Assembly: GCA_030141605.1 (NCBI GenBank)
Contig: JAQGDQ010000208.1
Span: forward strand, 124,001-188,000
DNA from: Tubiluchus corallicola
Lineage: Eukaryota; Animalia; Priapulida
Reading direction: 5' to 3'
DNA length: 64,000 nucleotides
Shown: positions 40,701-54,899 of the stretch, piece by piece
How the letters are laid out: each line of letters starts with the position of its first letter
Numbering within the stretch: the stretch's first letter is position 1
The notes under the pieces: model-generated
What the model saw: only the letters and a program-made list of their open reading frames with translations
What the model was told of the DNA's origin: nothing
Databases searched by the model: none
Made by a program: the position numbers and the translations under genes

Positions 40701-43700
40701 TATTTTATTTGATGTCTTTCATCTTCAATGAAGATTTGTAAGAACGCAGTCAGCACATATTACTTTAAAATACACTAGCTGCTGTTAATTTAGTTACAGT
40801 TCTCGAAAAATGCATGCAGATTGTACAAGCAGTACTTAAACAGTATATTATGCATAGTAGAACATCTAATTATTAGTAAGAATGTTAAGAGCGTTGAACA
40901 TTCAATAACAAATTTCTGTAAACTATATACCTGTAGCAAAAAAAGAGCTTGAACCAGCAAGCTAAACAAAGTGTCTGCTATTAAACGACTAATGCTAGGC
41001 ATTTGTTGTGGCTTGCCGATAGTCTTTTTGTAAGCTGCATCTGCAATATCCTATAAAAGAACACACAATATAGTACAATATTGTACTGAACATTCGTTCA
41101 TGGTAAATTTAGGCTTCTGTTAAGGACATGCTGTAACAGCCAAGTTTATGCATATGGGCAATGTAAAAGCGGCATTGAACTTTGCTGTTTTTTACAGATC
41201 AAACCTGTTCAATCCACGATAATGCAATGTTCATTTTGGTAACTTGAAACTTTATCAAGCAATCTGTAGATAAATATAATACTTTTTTACAATAAACAGT
41301 AACCAGTTTTGTGCAGTAAATTAGAACAGCTAACCTTTTGGCCTTTGCAGGGCATTTAATTACAAACAAACAAAATGTAAGTATTAAATTACCAATACAC
41401 TAACCTCCACTTGTTTAATACATAATGATAAGTTTCAAAAAGATGCCGACAATTCTGCACTTCCCATAATATATTAATCTGTTTTACGTACCTGAAACCA
41501 AAGACTATTTACAATTTTACTAAGCACAAACAATGGAAGCACCCATAAAGCACCGAATATACATGATAGAAAAGTACTCATGTAAGTCCACACTGTACTG
41601 CGTAGGGTTGATTCACCTGCAAAAGCATGTAGCATAAAAAATACATTCAAACAATGCTTAGGTGTGGCACAATTAATAACAAATATATCATTTTATTATT
41701 GTCCACATTAATTAGTTAGGGTTTTTCTATATAAGTGTCGAGCAGTATCACGGTTGAAAAGGTAAAAATTAGTAACCCAGTAACTCAGGGATATTCAGGT
41801 TTTGTAAATTAATGGAATTTCAATGTAAACATTTTTCTGTATTTCATTTTAAATAACTACTGGTGCAGACGTACTTTTGAGAAGTCAATTACCAACAAAG
41901 ATATTCGTAAATGTCTAATAACTTTTTTTGATTTTGAGTCATTGTTTCATATTCTGAATTCACATTCAAACAACTTTCTAAAAAACTGTGAAGCTTAGTC
42001 AACCAAAACGATGTATCATAATGCAAGTTTAGTTTGCTGTGTGTCAGCACACAAACTTTTAATATCATGTGTGACAACAAGTATGAGTTTCTGTACCCTC
42101 AACAAGACAAAATTTAACAACACTTCTGTATGAGACTCTCATCAGAGGTCACACAACATACATAACTGCCAGGTGAACAATGGAGTACTAATTCTTATCA
42201 AGCAACAGTCCTGGCAAACTAAGAAGCAACAGGCATGTAATAACAATGTATTACAGTGGAACCTTGACTTACGAAAACTCTATTATACGAAAAATTCAGA
42301 ATACGAATCGGGCTTCGAAGAAATTTCCATCCCATTTAACGAAAAAATATTCAAGATACGAAAATGATAATCGAAAGTACCGCTGTCCCAGAATGCATTT
42401 CGTTTGTTGTGCTCTTATCTCACGTGAACGCATTCCATAACCATGGGTCCGAAAAATATGAGTGGCATGCGTTTAAGTGCTATCGCAGGGGGTGGAACGA
42501 ATTACGCCATTTATATGGTAAATCTTGTCTCATAATACGAAAATTCCAAGATACGAAAGCCCCTCCGGAACCAATTAATTTCGTATCACGAGGTATCACT
42601 GTATATAGAATTTTCTAGGATCCATGCCCAGTAAACAGTCCTACATATATACCACCAATTCGTGTAACCAAAAATAAAATTATAATTATAAAATCATCTT
42701 TTCTAGAATTATCTGAAAAACTATCGTAAAAAGATTCTCAAATCTTCAGTACTTACTAATAAATATAATAGTGAGCCAGTGCAACAATGGTAGTATCACT
42801 TCATAAAATATAAATATACTCATCTGTAAATACAAAAATAAATTCATATTTTATTAACTCTTTGCATCTGTTCAATGGAAATGCTAGACATTGGGGATAG
42901 TATGGCTTTCTTGATTATGTTAAGCAAATCATTGTCAAGTGAAGTCATACTTTCTTAAGAAATGTTTGTATAATGTTTCAATGATATATTTTGGCCAAAA
43001 AACTTGGCTCATACAAATCAAAAGTCTTGTGAGTTTTACTGTTTGTATGCAAACAATATTTTATAGCAGTGACTACACAGTTTGCATAAAATGAGAAGAA
43101 ATATATAAATTATTTCAAACAGTACAGTCATTGAGATGACTGAAGCAAGGTAAAAAACCCAAACTTTGGCACCATAATGACAGAGCTTGTATTGAAAATT
43201 ATTGCTGTTTTCACCTGAATATGGAAGTAAATCAAGGCAAATGCACTGCAATATACCTACAGTTCTACATACGAATTTGACAGGGGCTACGGTCAACATG
43301 GTAGTCGATTTTTTGAGAATCACATTGGCTGAAAATTTATCTAGGAAGCAGATAACAATATAAACGGTTCATTGTTCGGATGTATCTACAGAAGTAATAG
43401 TGCCAGCAAAATATACTAAAAAACTTGGCAAATCTGATACAGTCACCTGCAGCTAGTAATAGGACACTTTAGTTTAGTTAGTTTAGTTTATTTTGGTTTT
43501 CCATAGGGGACTATCCATACTACATATGCTCTAGCACACTTTACAATGGTTACAACTCCAATGTCACATACCATTAAGATAATAAATTTACATAAAATTA
43601 TAAAACGTATAAAGTGGATATATATCAATTTAGTAAAACTTTAAAACCAGTGAGTTTTCAATTTAGATTAAAATATCAGAAAACTTGCATTATAAAGCTA

Positions 43701-46637
43701 AAAAAATCTCTAAGAAGCATGCAAACATTCCAGACAAGTAAGCATTCAATTCGCAATTTATACAATTAAAATAGTTTTTTAAGAATCACTAAAAGCTTTT
43801 GAGAACAAGAACAAGTAGGAAAATGTAAAGCTATGGATATCACAAGTAGTAAAAAAGATAACGTTGGTTTAAAGAAGTATAAGTTGGTTTAAAGAAGTGA
43901 CTGCAACCGTATTCTAGTGGGGATGTGGGAGTAATGCACGACAGACTTGACTTTCAAAGTGCATGTTTGCGAAACAAATCAGCAAAGCCAAAGCAGTGGC
44001 AGAAAAAAACGAGAGAAGCTATGTCAACACAGATAATATATCTTTGTTTGGTTAAAGTCATATCTTGAATTCTCCAGCTCAGTTTGAGCATCTCGTTATG
44101 GTTACGTGTCGAACAAGTTTAGAGATACTCCACAAGAACCCTCCACTTGAAAGGATTGTCATACGAATAAAGGCTCAGGCAGCTAAAATTACCAACACTG
44201 GTTTACATACAGCATAGAGACATGAGTCACAGGGCAAAAACCTACGAGAAAAGTATGACACTGCTGCTAGCCCAAAGCTGTATCTCAGGTCAGAGGTTGT
44301 TAGAAGTTTAATAAAAGGATATCACCTAAAACTACATAAAACTAGAGCAAATAAATCAATTCACCTTCACAATTTTGCAAACAGGAAGGTTTACTCTGGA
44401 ACAGTAACCAAATGAAGCAGTATCACCACATAGAATAAATGGTTTCAAAAATAAGCTGGATCAGTTCTATTACTATAAAGCTTCAATCGAGGATTTGACG
44501 TCCGACATTTATGCAAGCTTCAGCTAAAAGTCATTACTTTGCAAAAACATCATGTCTCCTAATTAAAGTTTCAGAACAGCAGTCATTAATTTGATTTTCA
44601 ATTTTCTTTTCAGCTAATTGACAATTGACATTCATCTTGTAGTAAATTCTTACAAAATGAGAATTTTTTTGACACTACGTTTAAAGTTTTGCAGTGTTTT
44701 CTTCTGCTATAATTATGACTCTAAGGCAGTGGAGTAGAACTGCAGCATCGCTATATATATATAGAAAACATCATGATAAATAGGTGATTCATAATTTTTA
44801 ATGCATATAAAAGAAAAATAATTAATTTTTAACGACAAGAATAGTGACAATTAGTGAAAAATCCTGCAATTTAAAAACAAGGTGTAAACTCGGCAAATTG
44901 ATAGTAGACTTATGAAACCAAGTTTGAAGCCAAGAATTTCTCACAAATCACAGAATCTACAAGAAGCATTAAGAAGCTCTCACTTAGCAACCTGTGCTTA
45001 AAGTGCATATGGTTGGGTAAGGGGTCTCATGGCGAACAGAGTAAAAAATGGGTGGTCATGGGATTCAAAATTAGGTGTCTATTCAAAAGCAACACTTTTT
45101 GTCTGCTCATTTAACCTCTGTCGAACCATCCATCTAGGTTCTTTGAATCATGTAATCAATAATGTAATTAATATCATTTTGTTTTGTGACCAATCCTTTT
45201 CTCGAGAGTCAGACAACAATATCACTAATTGTCAATTACATCACATATTTCATCATATTCACAAACACAAAATCTTTTTTCATTTAAAACTCATCCATTT
45301 CTTTCTTTTAATACACAATCTGCTTTTCTCATGATTTTCAGTGGTGTATCAAAAAAATTATAACACCCTAGGCTGACAGTTCAATCCTGCACACCTGTAT
45401 TGTTGATTTGTGATTGTTTATATATGAAGCCAATAAACAATTATTGTGATACATTAGTAGTATTACTACCTAAATACTCTTGTTGTTCTTGTTAATTACA
45501 TATATTTGAAAAGGCTTATATCCAAGTAGGCTGCATAACTGTCTGTGGTGTAGAAACTTTGTATTTGTTTGTTATAAACATTATAATGGCACTTATAAAG
45601 ACTTGCAGGCAGTAACTAGCTACTGTGTGTTAAAAAACACACGCTTTATGTGAATATGAAAGGATACACATTTTCTGAATATGGAGGCGAATAGAAATAT
45701 TTTAACACTGAACCATTATTTGGCACCACATTATTATGGTAATTTATATAATTATGCATTCTGTTGGTAACAAAAAAAGTCCAGTGATGAGTTGTGCCTG
45801 TGTCCTTTTCACTTTCAACAAAAATGAATATGTGCAACAAACTCTCAGCTACCTTCGAACTGTTGTGATGTAACAGCGCAGAGACGAAAACAATGCATAG
45901 TGCTACAGCTGTTGTGGTTTGTTTTTAAGTAACTGTTTGTTTCATTTTTCATCTTTACACTCTACAGTTCAATAACAAACAAAGTTTTTAGTAATACTGC
46001 TAGGAGGTTTTATGTATCACAAGTTGATGTGTTATGGAAAGGCTTATAGCCAATTAAATGGCGAGAAATATAAATGTGCGACCCGGCGAAAATTATTTTT
46101 CCTTTAGGTCCAGGGTCTATAATTTTAGGTTCCGGGTCTGCAACCTGGACAGACCCGATGCACTTTAGGCACCAAAAGCAACCTCGAAACTCACCCAGAA
46201 AATAATTCCATTGAGAACACAACATTGTACCAGCCTATGAAATAGCTTTGGCGGCCTATAAATACAAAAAAGTACTATTTAACCATACTGACATGAATAA
46301 AATTTCTTTCCAAATGTGGTTAAGGGACGTAGTTCATTTTATTCATTTTTAAACATTACAAATGATAATTGTACTTAAATTTACTGTACTGAAATTTAAA
46401 TGCCGAACATGATTCTATAGAAGCTTACTCTTTTTGTTCAGTAACATCACTTTTTTCTTTCTCTGCCTCTGCTTTAGCCGCTTCCCTCCGACGAGCTAGT
46501 GTACTCATTGGCTCTTTTTTAAGATCCACATCTTCAATTTTGGTGTCATACAGCTTGTACAGAATAGTCATACCACATATAACATCACAAAGTCCTCGAA
46601 TAATCCCACGACATGCACGCTCAACTACATCTGCCAT
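37701..46637 (-). CDS. EI24: Etoposide-induced protein 2.4 / EPG-4 homologue (ER autophagy membrane protein), 359 aa
   Basis: 9 GT-AG coding exons (1080 nt): 46637-46429, 46255-46195 (RLVQCCVLNG), 42823-42757, 41616-41492 (ALWVLPLFVLSKIVNSLWFQ), 41050-40931 (DIADAAY..IADTLFSLLVQALFLLQ), 39864-39753 (FEYRWFN), 38795-38684 (IETNWPYYLGFGLPLALLT), 38368-38294 (SGCVFSILFPLFIISANEA), 37899-37701. These motifs match vertebrate EI24. An acceptor at 46671 implies a 5' UTR intron. Confidence 0.95.
42254..42601. mobile_element. Tc1/mariner (pogo/Tigger-like) MITE in an EI24 intron
   Basis: TA|cagtggaaccttgacttacgaaa ... tttcgtatcacgaggtatcactg|TA, with internal atacgaaaa subrepeats. Confidence 0.85.
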
Positions 46638-48349
46638 TTCAGGATTGCAATAAAGACTAGTCGTGGAGACCTAGATGAAAAATGTAAAATAATTTGTATG
46701 ATATTAGTTTAGGATACATTATAATGTAGTAATCAAACAACCTGTTATTGTTATAAATAGCAACCACTGGGTACAACAAAACGAAATCATGTCAGTGAAT
46801 AACACGTGTTGTCTGACTTGACTTGTAAACAAGCAGTTATAGGACTTATAAGCTTTACTAAAGCAAGTAAAGAGCTCTTATGTTTACTGAGCTGGTAAAC
46901 TGGGGCTGCAGGACTATTCGTATGCTGTAGGTAGCATTGTAACTCAAGGTACGTGATACATGTCGAGGGTTTCAATTATCGAATGACTGCTATGACACTC
47001 GTACTACAAATATACAACAGCATTTAAAAATGATGCATGAAAAGCAGAGCTATTTTTGCATGTACACAAAGAAAAAATATAATATTCCAACTGAAATTTA
47101 TTATAGCTTTTGTTAGCTCAAAGTTGGTTTCATACTACACTTACTGTATAATAACAAGATTTAAATTTACTGAATGTAATTCAAAAAGTACATTTATTAA
47201 AGGCCACTTTACAGAACCTTACAAACAGTAATGTTGGTTTGAACTTAAAATTGGTAGAATAGAAATTTTCAGCAATTTTTTTAAAACTGCTTGAAAAAAT
47301 CTTAACTGCAGAATTCATTCCTAAAATTCAGGAAATACGTTTTTTCGGGCGGAGTCACTGACACGACCCAAAGTCTGTCATGAAACAGCGCTTTCACGGA
47401 ACCTCTTACCTGTCCACTTCTGCCTTACATTCTGCAAAACAACTTAATAATAATTATTAATACTAGTAGTATTAGTATATTAGTTTTATTACTATATTTT
47501 TGGGTCTAATTTGACAGTAAAAAAATGAAGTATAACTTAAACTCAAGTTCTAGTCTTCAAAACTAAAAAATTAAAATATTTAAAAACATATTACTCTCGA
47601 AATATTGCCAAGCTACCCAATCATAATAATAACGATGTGGATAATAACAACAAAGATCTGAAAGAAATACACCGAGTCTGGACGACCATGCAATAACAGA
47701 AATCTCTAATTATTAGGCGTCTCAACCATAGATAATATATTGATACATACAAAACTTCGAGAGGCATTTGTCTATAGTGATTTGAATGTGGATTACAACT
47801 CTTAGCTTTATACAAAAACAAATTAATAATAGGGTACACAATGGGCAAATCTGGTTTTTCCTATATTTTGCGGATACGTGGACTTTTAAGTTTCACATAA
47901 AATCGCGGATTTTGCTTATATGAAAATGGTGTGCGAGTCTCTGACTCTCTGTGTGAGTACAATACATGCACATTTGCACCACGCCATTCCACCTGTACTC
48001 ACCATCATCATCATCATACGCCCGTCACGTCTATTGTAGACATCGAGCAGGCAGAATTCCAAAATAAAAGAAATCTGCCCTTCAGACATCTGTACTGCAC
48101 CCACATGATGCCGTGCCACACCACCCCAACATCATATCACACCCACCAAGCATGCTACTCCACAAAGCATCATGACAAAACAAAACTAGTCGAGAAGGCA
48201 ACGTATAAATAATAATATCAGGTTACATGTTCATTTAATCGTTTCTGCACAATTACCAGGAAAGCAATTTCCTGATTTGAAACATATTAGATAATACTAT
48301 ACCATGTCACAGATCAGCTTTTACATACTTTTTTTATTGAAGTTCATTC

Positions 48350-48530
48350 TGTAGAATCTCTCTCTCTCTCCCTTCTCTGCTTCCCTTCCTCCATCCCTCT
48401 TTGCCTTCTCCCTTTTTCTTTCTCTCATATTCCCTTTTTTCTCTGTTTCTCTCTCTATCCACTCCATTTTTCTTACATCTCTCATACTTTTCTTCTCATC
48501 CTCATAATTCTCTCTCATTCCCAATTCCAT
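48350..48530. repeat. Pyrimidine-rich (CT-rich) low-complexity tract
   Basis: Directly visible; it explains the E/R/K-rich ORF 48321-48530. Confidence 0.85.
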
Positions 48531-50138
48531 ATTAGCTTCGCCCTGTAAAACTCATTATTAAACTACAGTCTATTAAATGCATAAATATTATGCACGTAAG
48601 TAGTATGCAGTATTGTGCTATAATTGTCTATGTAATTTGTTCAAAAAAGTTTTTCTATTGACACAACACTTAACCATCAAAAATCGGTAATTATATCGAT
48701 GTAACGAAAATAGATTTTTTTTTGAAAAACGAATGCTTACAGTATTTACGCTGCTAACGCTTATGACGATATAAAAACTCGGTTGAAATGATGCAAACAA
48801 GCTAGTTATTAACAAATCGCAGATATGTGTTTGTAGTGTCACTGTTTTCAAATTTGCAAAAATGTAGTATGCATTGTTTACCTCGCAATTTAATTTGTAT
48901 GACGTGAACAGCTCCATAATTAACAAGCGACTAACTGCTGCTTTTAAGTCTAGTGTTGTAAAATCTCGTACGAGTTACAGAGTGACATTAATCTGAAAAC
49001 AATAATATTCTAGACGTATGTAATGTTTGAGGCTGTAAACAAATTTGATGAATTTCAACCTATTGTGTACATCTTTTGGTGTAGGAGGTTTAATTTATTA
49101 TACAATGATGTAATATGAGCCTTTATACTGGCATAGGTCATTATAATTTAATAAATTTTTTTTGATTGATTGTAAGTGGTTTCATTGGTGAATTATATGC
49201 ATTACGTGCCCCAAACTAGTAGTGGGTTACTGGAGATAATTAAGGCATTATATGAAATCTTTATTGCTAGATGTTATGTCTAATTTTGAAGAATGTTCCA
49301 TTATGTTAATTGTCATGCTGATGTATGTTGAGTTTGGGAATGCCCCGTAGCCAATGATTATATTTTAAGTATTTCATTTGGTTTGTTTGCTGTTTACATT
49401 TAATTTTAGATTTTTAGCCTTTTCGTGACTACCAAGCAATGATCATGTATTTTGTCTTAAGACAATTTACGTAGCTGTTTAGCATTCCCCAGTCATTGTG
49501 TTTAGCAAGTTCAATATTGACAAAAGTTTCAAGGCAGCCAATGTTAATATCAGTTTTAAAGGGTTAGTATTCCGGAAAGCGTCTGCAATTCGTTTTAGTA
49601 TTATCAGGAAGAAAGTACATGTTTAGTGTTTAGTGTTTTTACACCTTTGAATAAAGAAGAAAAAAATTACATAAAGTGGTTCTAAAATTAGACTTTTTTG
49701 AGACTTCGCATTACACAGTGGTTGGGCTAGAAACAAAATCAGAGCTAAACTTTCTTAAATATTCAAAATGTTAGATGAAACTGCCTGACGTTTTACGGTA
49801 CAGTGACTGATTCTCCCTGGCACTTTATAGGTGCCGCAAGTATTTAATAATTTACTGTTCTGATAGTCATGTAACTGAACTAAAAAAGTTAATAACGGGC
49901 TTGCCAAACACCTATAGGGATTTTAATTGTAGAGACAATTTTGTTCGTTTTAGAATTAGGCTTTTGCGTGATAGCATCGGTTTTTTATTTCCTTATAATA
50001 AGTCACATTAGCGAAATCTGTATGCACTATGAAGTACGGCCTACGCACTGTTGATCAATTTTTCTTAAGTTAACTTGGACTGCACGTGGAAGTTGATGTT
50101 ATTTGCTAAACACTTTAGTCTGCTTTCAGCAGATGTCG

Positions 50139-50146
50139 CCCTTTTC
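50139..50146 (+). promoter_or_regulatory. TCT/5'-TOP initiator of RPS25
   Basis: cccttttc lies about 20 nt upstream of an ATG|gtaa micro-exon. This is the standard layout of metazoan ribosomal protein genes. Confidence 0.75.
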
Positions 50147-50166
50147 GGTTGGGTAAATCGAGGAAA

Positions 50167-53100
50167 ATGGTAAAAAATTTTGATTATCCGTTTTATTTTT
50201 GGTATTTGTAGTTTCTGTTGTTTGTTGATCATAAATTCATTTTTTTTTCAACTTATGGAGCACTACTGCAAAATATTAGTGCAAATGTTTAGCAGTTTCT
50301 CAGTAGTGCTTTAGAAAAGTTAAAATAGATGTCGTTCACAAACCAGACACAATTCAGGGCTTCGGCCACATGGTTTAGGTAGCGCGAAATGTTTATTGAA
50401 TCTGGTTGATTACGCAAAGGCTCTCTGTTTGAGTTTGGTTGTTTAGAGCAGTTTAAAAACCATTTTAGTCCATACAGGCAGTTTTACCACATTCGCCACA
50501 TCGGCTAGATTGCAGTTGAGGTGGTTCTTTTTTAAGGCACTCTCACATCGCTCAAATCAGAATTATTGCTGAAAGCAGAGCTACAATAGAAAGATGCATC
50601 CTTTATCTGTACACTTATGTAAAGAAAAGTTGAAACATACACCCTATTTATAAAAAAAATCATGAAACATACCCCCTATTTATAAAAAAAATCATTTTAA
50701 AAAACTTACTATTAGCGTCTCGAGAATTGACTAAGGTTGAGCGATTTCATGAAATATTTTCCTTAGGGAGTTAGCAGAGAACGATATTTTTTATCTACTA
50801 CTGTGCGCTACAGCCTAGGAAATAACAACGCTTCACAAAAGAAGAAGCAAAGTGTAAACTTACTGAAAAGTTAAACAGAACTTCGGGTGAATTTTGTGTG
50901 TGCCGGCATTGTTTTGTAACTTTTATTTGTCTTTCAAAATGCGTCACAATCAGCAAAGTAGGGTTGCGGTTTATGCAATAAAATAATTAATACTGGAACA
51001 TACGATAATTTGGGGCTTCGTACCGTACAAAAAAGGTAACTGTATGAAGATTGTTAATTAGTTAGCTAGCTAAGCTAGTCAGTTAGTCAATCAATTGGTT
51101 TTGTTGAGTTTATGGTATGGCAGGTTGGGTTGGACAACTTAGCATTCTTGGTGGCTTGGCTTGGCAATGGAGCAGAACAGGGAGGGGAGGTTTGAATTAG
51201 GAAGGAGGTAGAGTGTGAGGAGAACCACCTAAACTGCAAGTGTACCATAACATCTGATCTTGCAATCCTTAGATAAAGCAAATCCGGAGATTTTTCAAAA
51301 AAGTTATATTCGCTACCGAGGATATGCTCAATCCTCTTCACCACCAGTGGCGAGCAAACGGACATCAATAAAAAGTGTCTGTTTGCGAGATCAACAACAC
51401 AATCAACTTGTTTTATGAATCACACCAAATATTTTCTTTTTCGCTGCATCTTTTTCTTGAGAGAAAAGGTTAAACTGGTATGGTTAAATGTTTGCAATAA
51501 CTTCGTTAACACAAAACACCAAAGTAGTGTCACATGCTCACTATGTATTCGCTAAATTTTTCATTGGTCACAGTCGTTCTCAATGCAAAACAGGCCACTT
51601 GGATGTAACGGAATTCTAAATCTGGTCACAGAACAATAATTTCTTATTTCCTTTAGTTTTATTTTGTAAAATCAAAATTTACTGATGTTTTTATTTACCT
51701 TGAGAAAGTAAAGGTGTATGTTAGACCATCAAAAGTGAGTTAATCGCAGGACTCGTGATTTTATCAGCAGGTTAGAGTAGCTCACGGATGTTACTCATAT
51801 TTTTCACGGCTTTGCTATTAATGTTCGACCAGTCAGATATGGCTTTTTTATCATTGTATAATGTAAACAAAACAATTCAGCCCCAAGTCAGCCTCAGTGC
51901 TATATTCAAAAAATTTCAACTGTAATGCAAAAAAACTTCAGCTGCGACATCAACTTAACTGAAGTTAGTTGCACTTACGCTTAGGTTTGAAATTTAAACA
52001 AATTTTTTTCTATTGAATTTTGTTCACCTTCATTTAATCATTAATATCAAACATTTGCATCTTCAAGTAATTGGTTTTTTAATTTTACTCTTATATTTGT
52101 GCTTATTCTTTTATAATTTGACATGTCAGCAAAAAAACCTGTTTATTGATCTGTGTGATGTTTATAAGTGTTACTTTTTACATTAACGTTGGTTTTGTTT
52201 TAAAATGACCTTAGGTATCAGACATTTGATCATGAGACATTACTTACGTTATCTTAGAATTGGCGATACTGGAATGTGATATTAGGCCAGTACCTGACCA
52301 ATTTATTTTTAAAACTTACATTTAACTCCTTCAGGACTGTAATTAGTTTGCTGTATTTTGCATGGGTTCATGAAAAACTGCTCTCACTAAGCAGCGAATA
52401 TGCTATATTTGATAAATTTTTGTAGGTTTCTACTCAGCACACAATGGATTTTCATGCAAAATTATATATGAAATGCATTTTTTTACCTTGGACAAATTAA
52501 AAATTGACGAAAAAATTTGAAAAAGCTTTCCGTAACTGCAATGTTTGCACTATAACAATGTACAGTATCACTTATGTGAAATCGGCTAATGCAGAAATTT
52601 CAACTATCCAGACACAACATGCTGATACACTTTGGCCTCAAGTCTACTCTATTTCTAAGGACAAATTCCTGTTAAAAGATGAAACAACCTTAATTTCTCA
52701 TTGGCTGATGAGCACAGCAGTTGGTTCTCTTGGGCTGCAGCAAGCAGGCGATCAATAAAATAGTTTGTATGATCACTCAGGTGTTCACCAGACTAAGCTA
52801 CTCAATAGGTTGAAGTGAAGTGCCTGAAAAGGCTGTGCTTTTCTTAATTTTATCCAATTAAGTCACTTGTAGATGCTTAAACAAATAGCATGATTGAATA
52901 GCCGAGATTCTCCTGAATAGAACAGTACCTAATTTGTAATCATTTAGTTATGTCTGTGCTCACATAATAGCAGATAGGTCATAGGTCTTATAAGACTTAT
53001 TTTGAATGGTGCGGCCTTGAAGTAGTTTAAAATGTGTAAAACCTACAGGTAGATCATGTGATGTGTGCATGAATATATTTCAACAGCAATGCATGCACAT

Positions 53101-54899
53101 TTTGTGAGGAGAAATTAACACGTGGCACAAGTAAACTAACTTTGCTAGTCTTTGATTTCAGCCGCCCAAAAAAGATACAAAAGGGAAGCAAGATCCTAAA
53201 AAGGGAACGTCACAGAAGAAGAAGGAAGGTGGCGGGGGAGGCAAAGCGAAAAAGAAGGTTTGCAGTTTTTTGTTATTGTTGCTTTCCCGAATATTTCATC
53301 TTACTTATTAATTAAATTTAGAAACGAAATACATGCTATTAAAAAAACTGCAAGAGCAATGATTGTACTTGCCTTTGTTGTTTTCAACTGTTCTTTGTAC
53401 ATTTAACATTCAAAAAAGCAAAATTTTCATGTAATACTAATAGTGTTGTGACCATTTCCTTTCACATGAATGGAAACCTGTGCACAGCTGACTGCATTTC
53501 CATGTATGTATAGAAACATTGCATTTTTGTATTCACGTGTTTTAAGAATTTTTGATAATTGACATAGGCAGCTGTTAAATTATGCCTGCTGTATTTTGTG
53601 CCTTGTATTACAGTGTCTTTGCTTTGTTTGCATAACATACCTTCATTTTATTCTAATAAAGCAACAGAGTAAAACTGTATCACATGTGTTCATTGTTCTT
53701 CAGTTGAAAATTTTTTAAATTGATATTTTCTAATGTTTTACTGATAACTGCATTGTTCTATTCAAATTGCAGAAGTGGTCAAAGGGAAAAGTCCGTGACA
53801 AGTTGAACAACATGGTGCTTTTTGACAAGGCCACTTATGATAAGCTATACAAGGAAGTCCCTTCATATAAGCTCATAACGTGTTCAATAGTATCTGAGCG
53901 ATTAAAAATTAGGGGTTCGTTAGCAAGAGCTGCTTTGAAAGAGCTGTATTCTAAAGGTTGGTTTCACGTGTCCTTAGATGTTTTTTTGACAATATTTTTT
54001 CAAATTATCAGGATTTTCAAGGAATTAAGTGCTTACAGCACTACAGTAAACAGTACTGGAAAGTATTTTATACATATTTGTTTGACAGCTATTGACTCCC
54101 TTTAGTCCCTTGTCACTCACAGATATCATCAACACAAACTTTTTTTACCTTATACCATACTAGTTTTTATACATCAATATCTATATTGTTTTTAACCTAG
54201 TACTGTTATTAATATTGTTTAAACAAATTTTCTGTTTCTTTTTATACTGAGATTGCAACGTTTTGTCATTTTAACCATAGTTATTTATTTAAAAATTCAT
54301 AAAGGAGGTGGAAGTGGAAAATCGGTACATAATTTTAATAAATCACAACAAAGTGTTAGTTCTGCACAAGTGTTATCATCCACAAATTCTTTAAATGTTG
54401 AAGTTTCAACCGCAAGTGGAAATTCAATCATACTGTTACAATTATAGATTATCTCTGCTTCTACTTTTCCCCCATTTATTGAATGCTACTGTACCATCTT
54501 TGTTTTTGCGTGTCATTTTGAGTGGCTGTGTTGTAATGTTGTTTACTTTTTGAATAGCTTTTGTTATAGCTTTTCACTTGAAAACATTATATTAAAATTT
54601 TGCCACTGAGTCATTTGATGCTGTTCTTGTCATGCTAAAGGCTTCTACTTGAACATGTTTGGGTAGATTTAAGATAATCGTTAAGCATTCGCATTCCTGG
54701 GGGCCAAAATTAATGGTTTCATGGCACAATTTTGTTGTTTATTTACTGATTTGATGCAATGGCAATTCTGCTGCTTAAATGTAATTTGACTTTCCTTTGC
54801 ATAGGTTTAATAAAACTCGTGGATAAGCACCATAGCCAAGTCATATACACACGAGCAACGAAGGCTGCACATGAAGAGGAGGGAGCCGATAAAAAATGA
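50167..54899 (+). CDS. RPS25: 40S ribosomal protein S25 (eS25), 125 aa
   Basis: Exons 50167-50169 (ATG only), 53162-53257 ([18 protein letters not shown]), 53773-53956 ([45 protein letters not shown]), 54805-54899 ([20 protein letters not shown]). AATAAA at 54946 and 54963. Confidence 0.97.

Noticed and set aside
43036-43323. Hydrophobic 95-aa ORF on the EI24 strand as an extra EI24 exon
   Set aside because: EI24 is complete and collinear with known homologues without it.
44365-44523. Possible poison exon in an EI24 intron (ttttag| ... |gtgaat, 159 nt with an early stop); a similar candidate lies at 40011-40320
   Set aside because: Splice-like signals occur often by chance in AT-rich introns, and there is no conservation or read evidence here.
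51087-51368. 93-aa minus-strand ORF and G-rich segment in RPS25 intron 1
   Set aside because: No recognisable homology or exon structure; more likely a repeat fragment.
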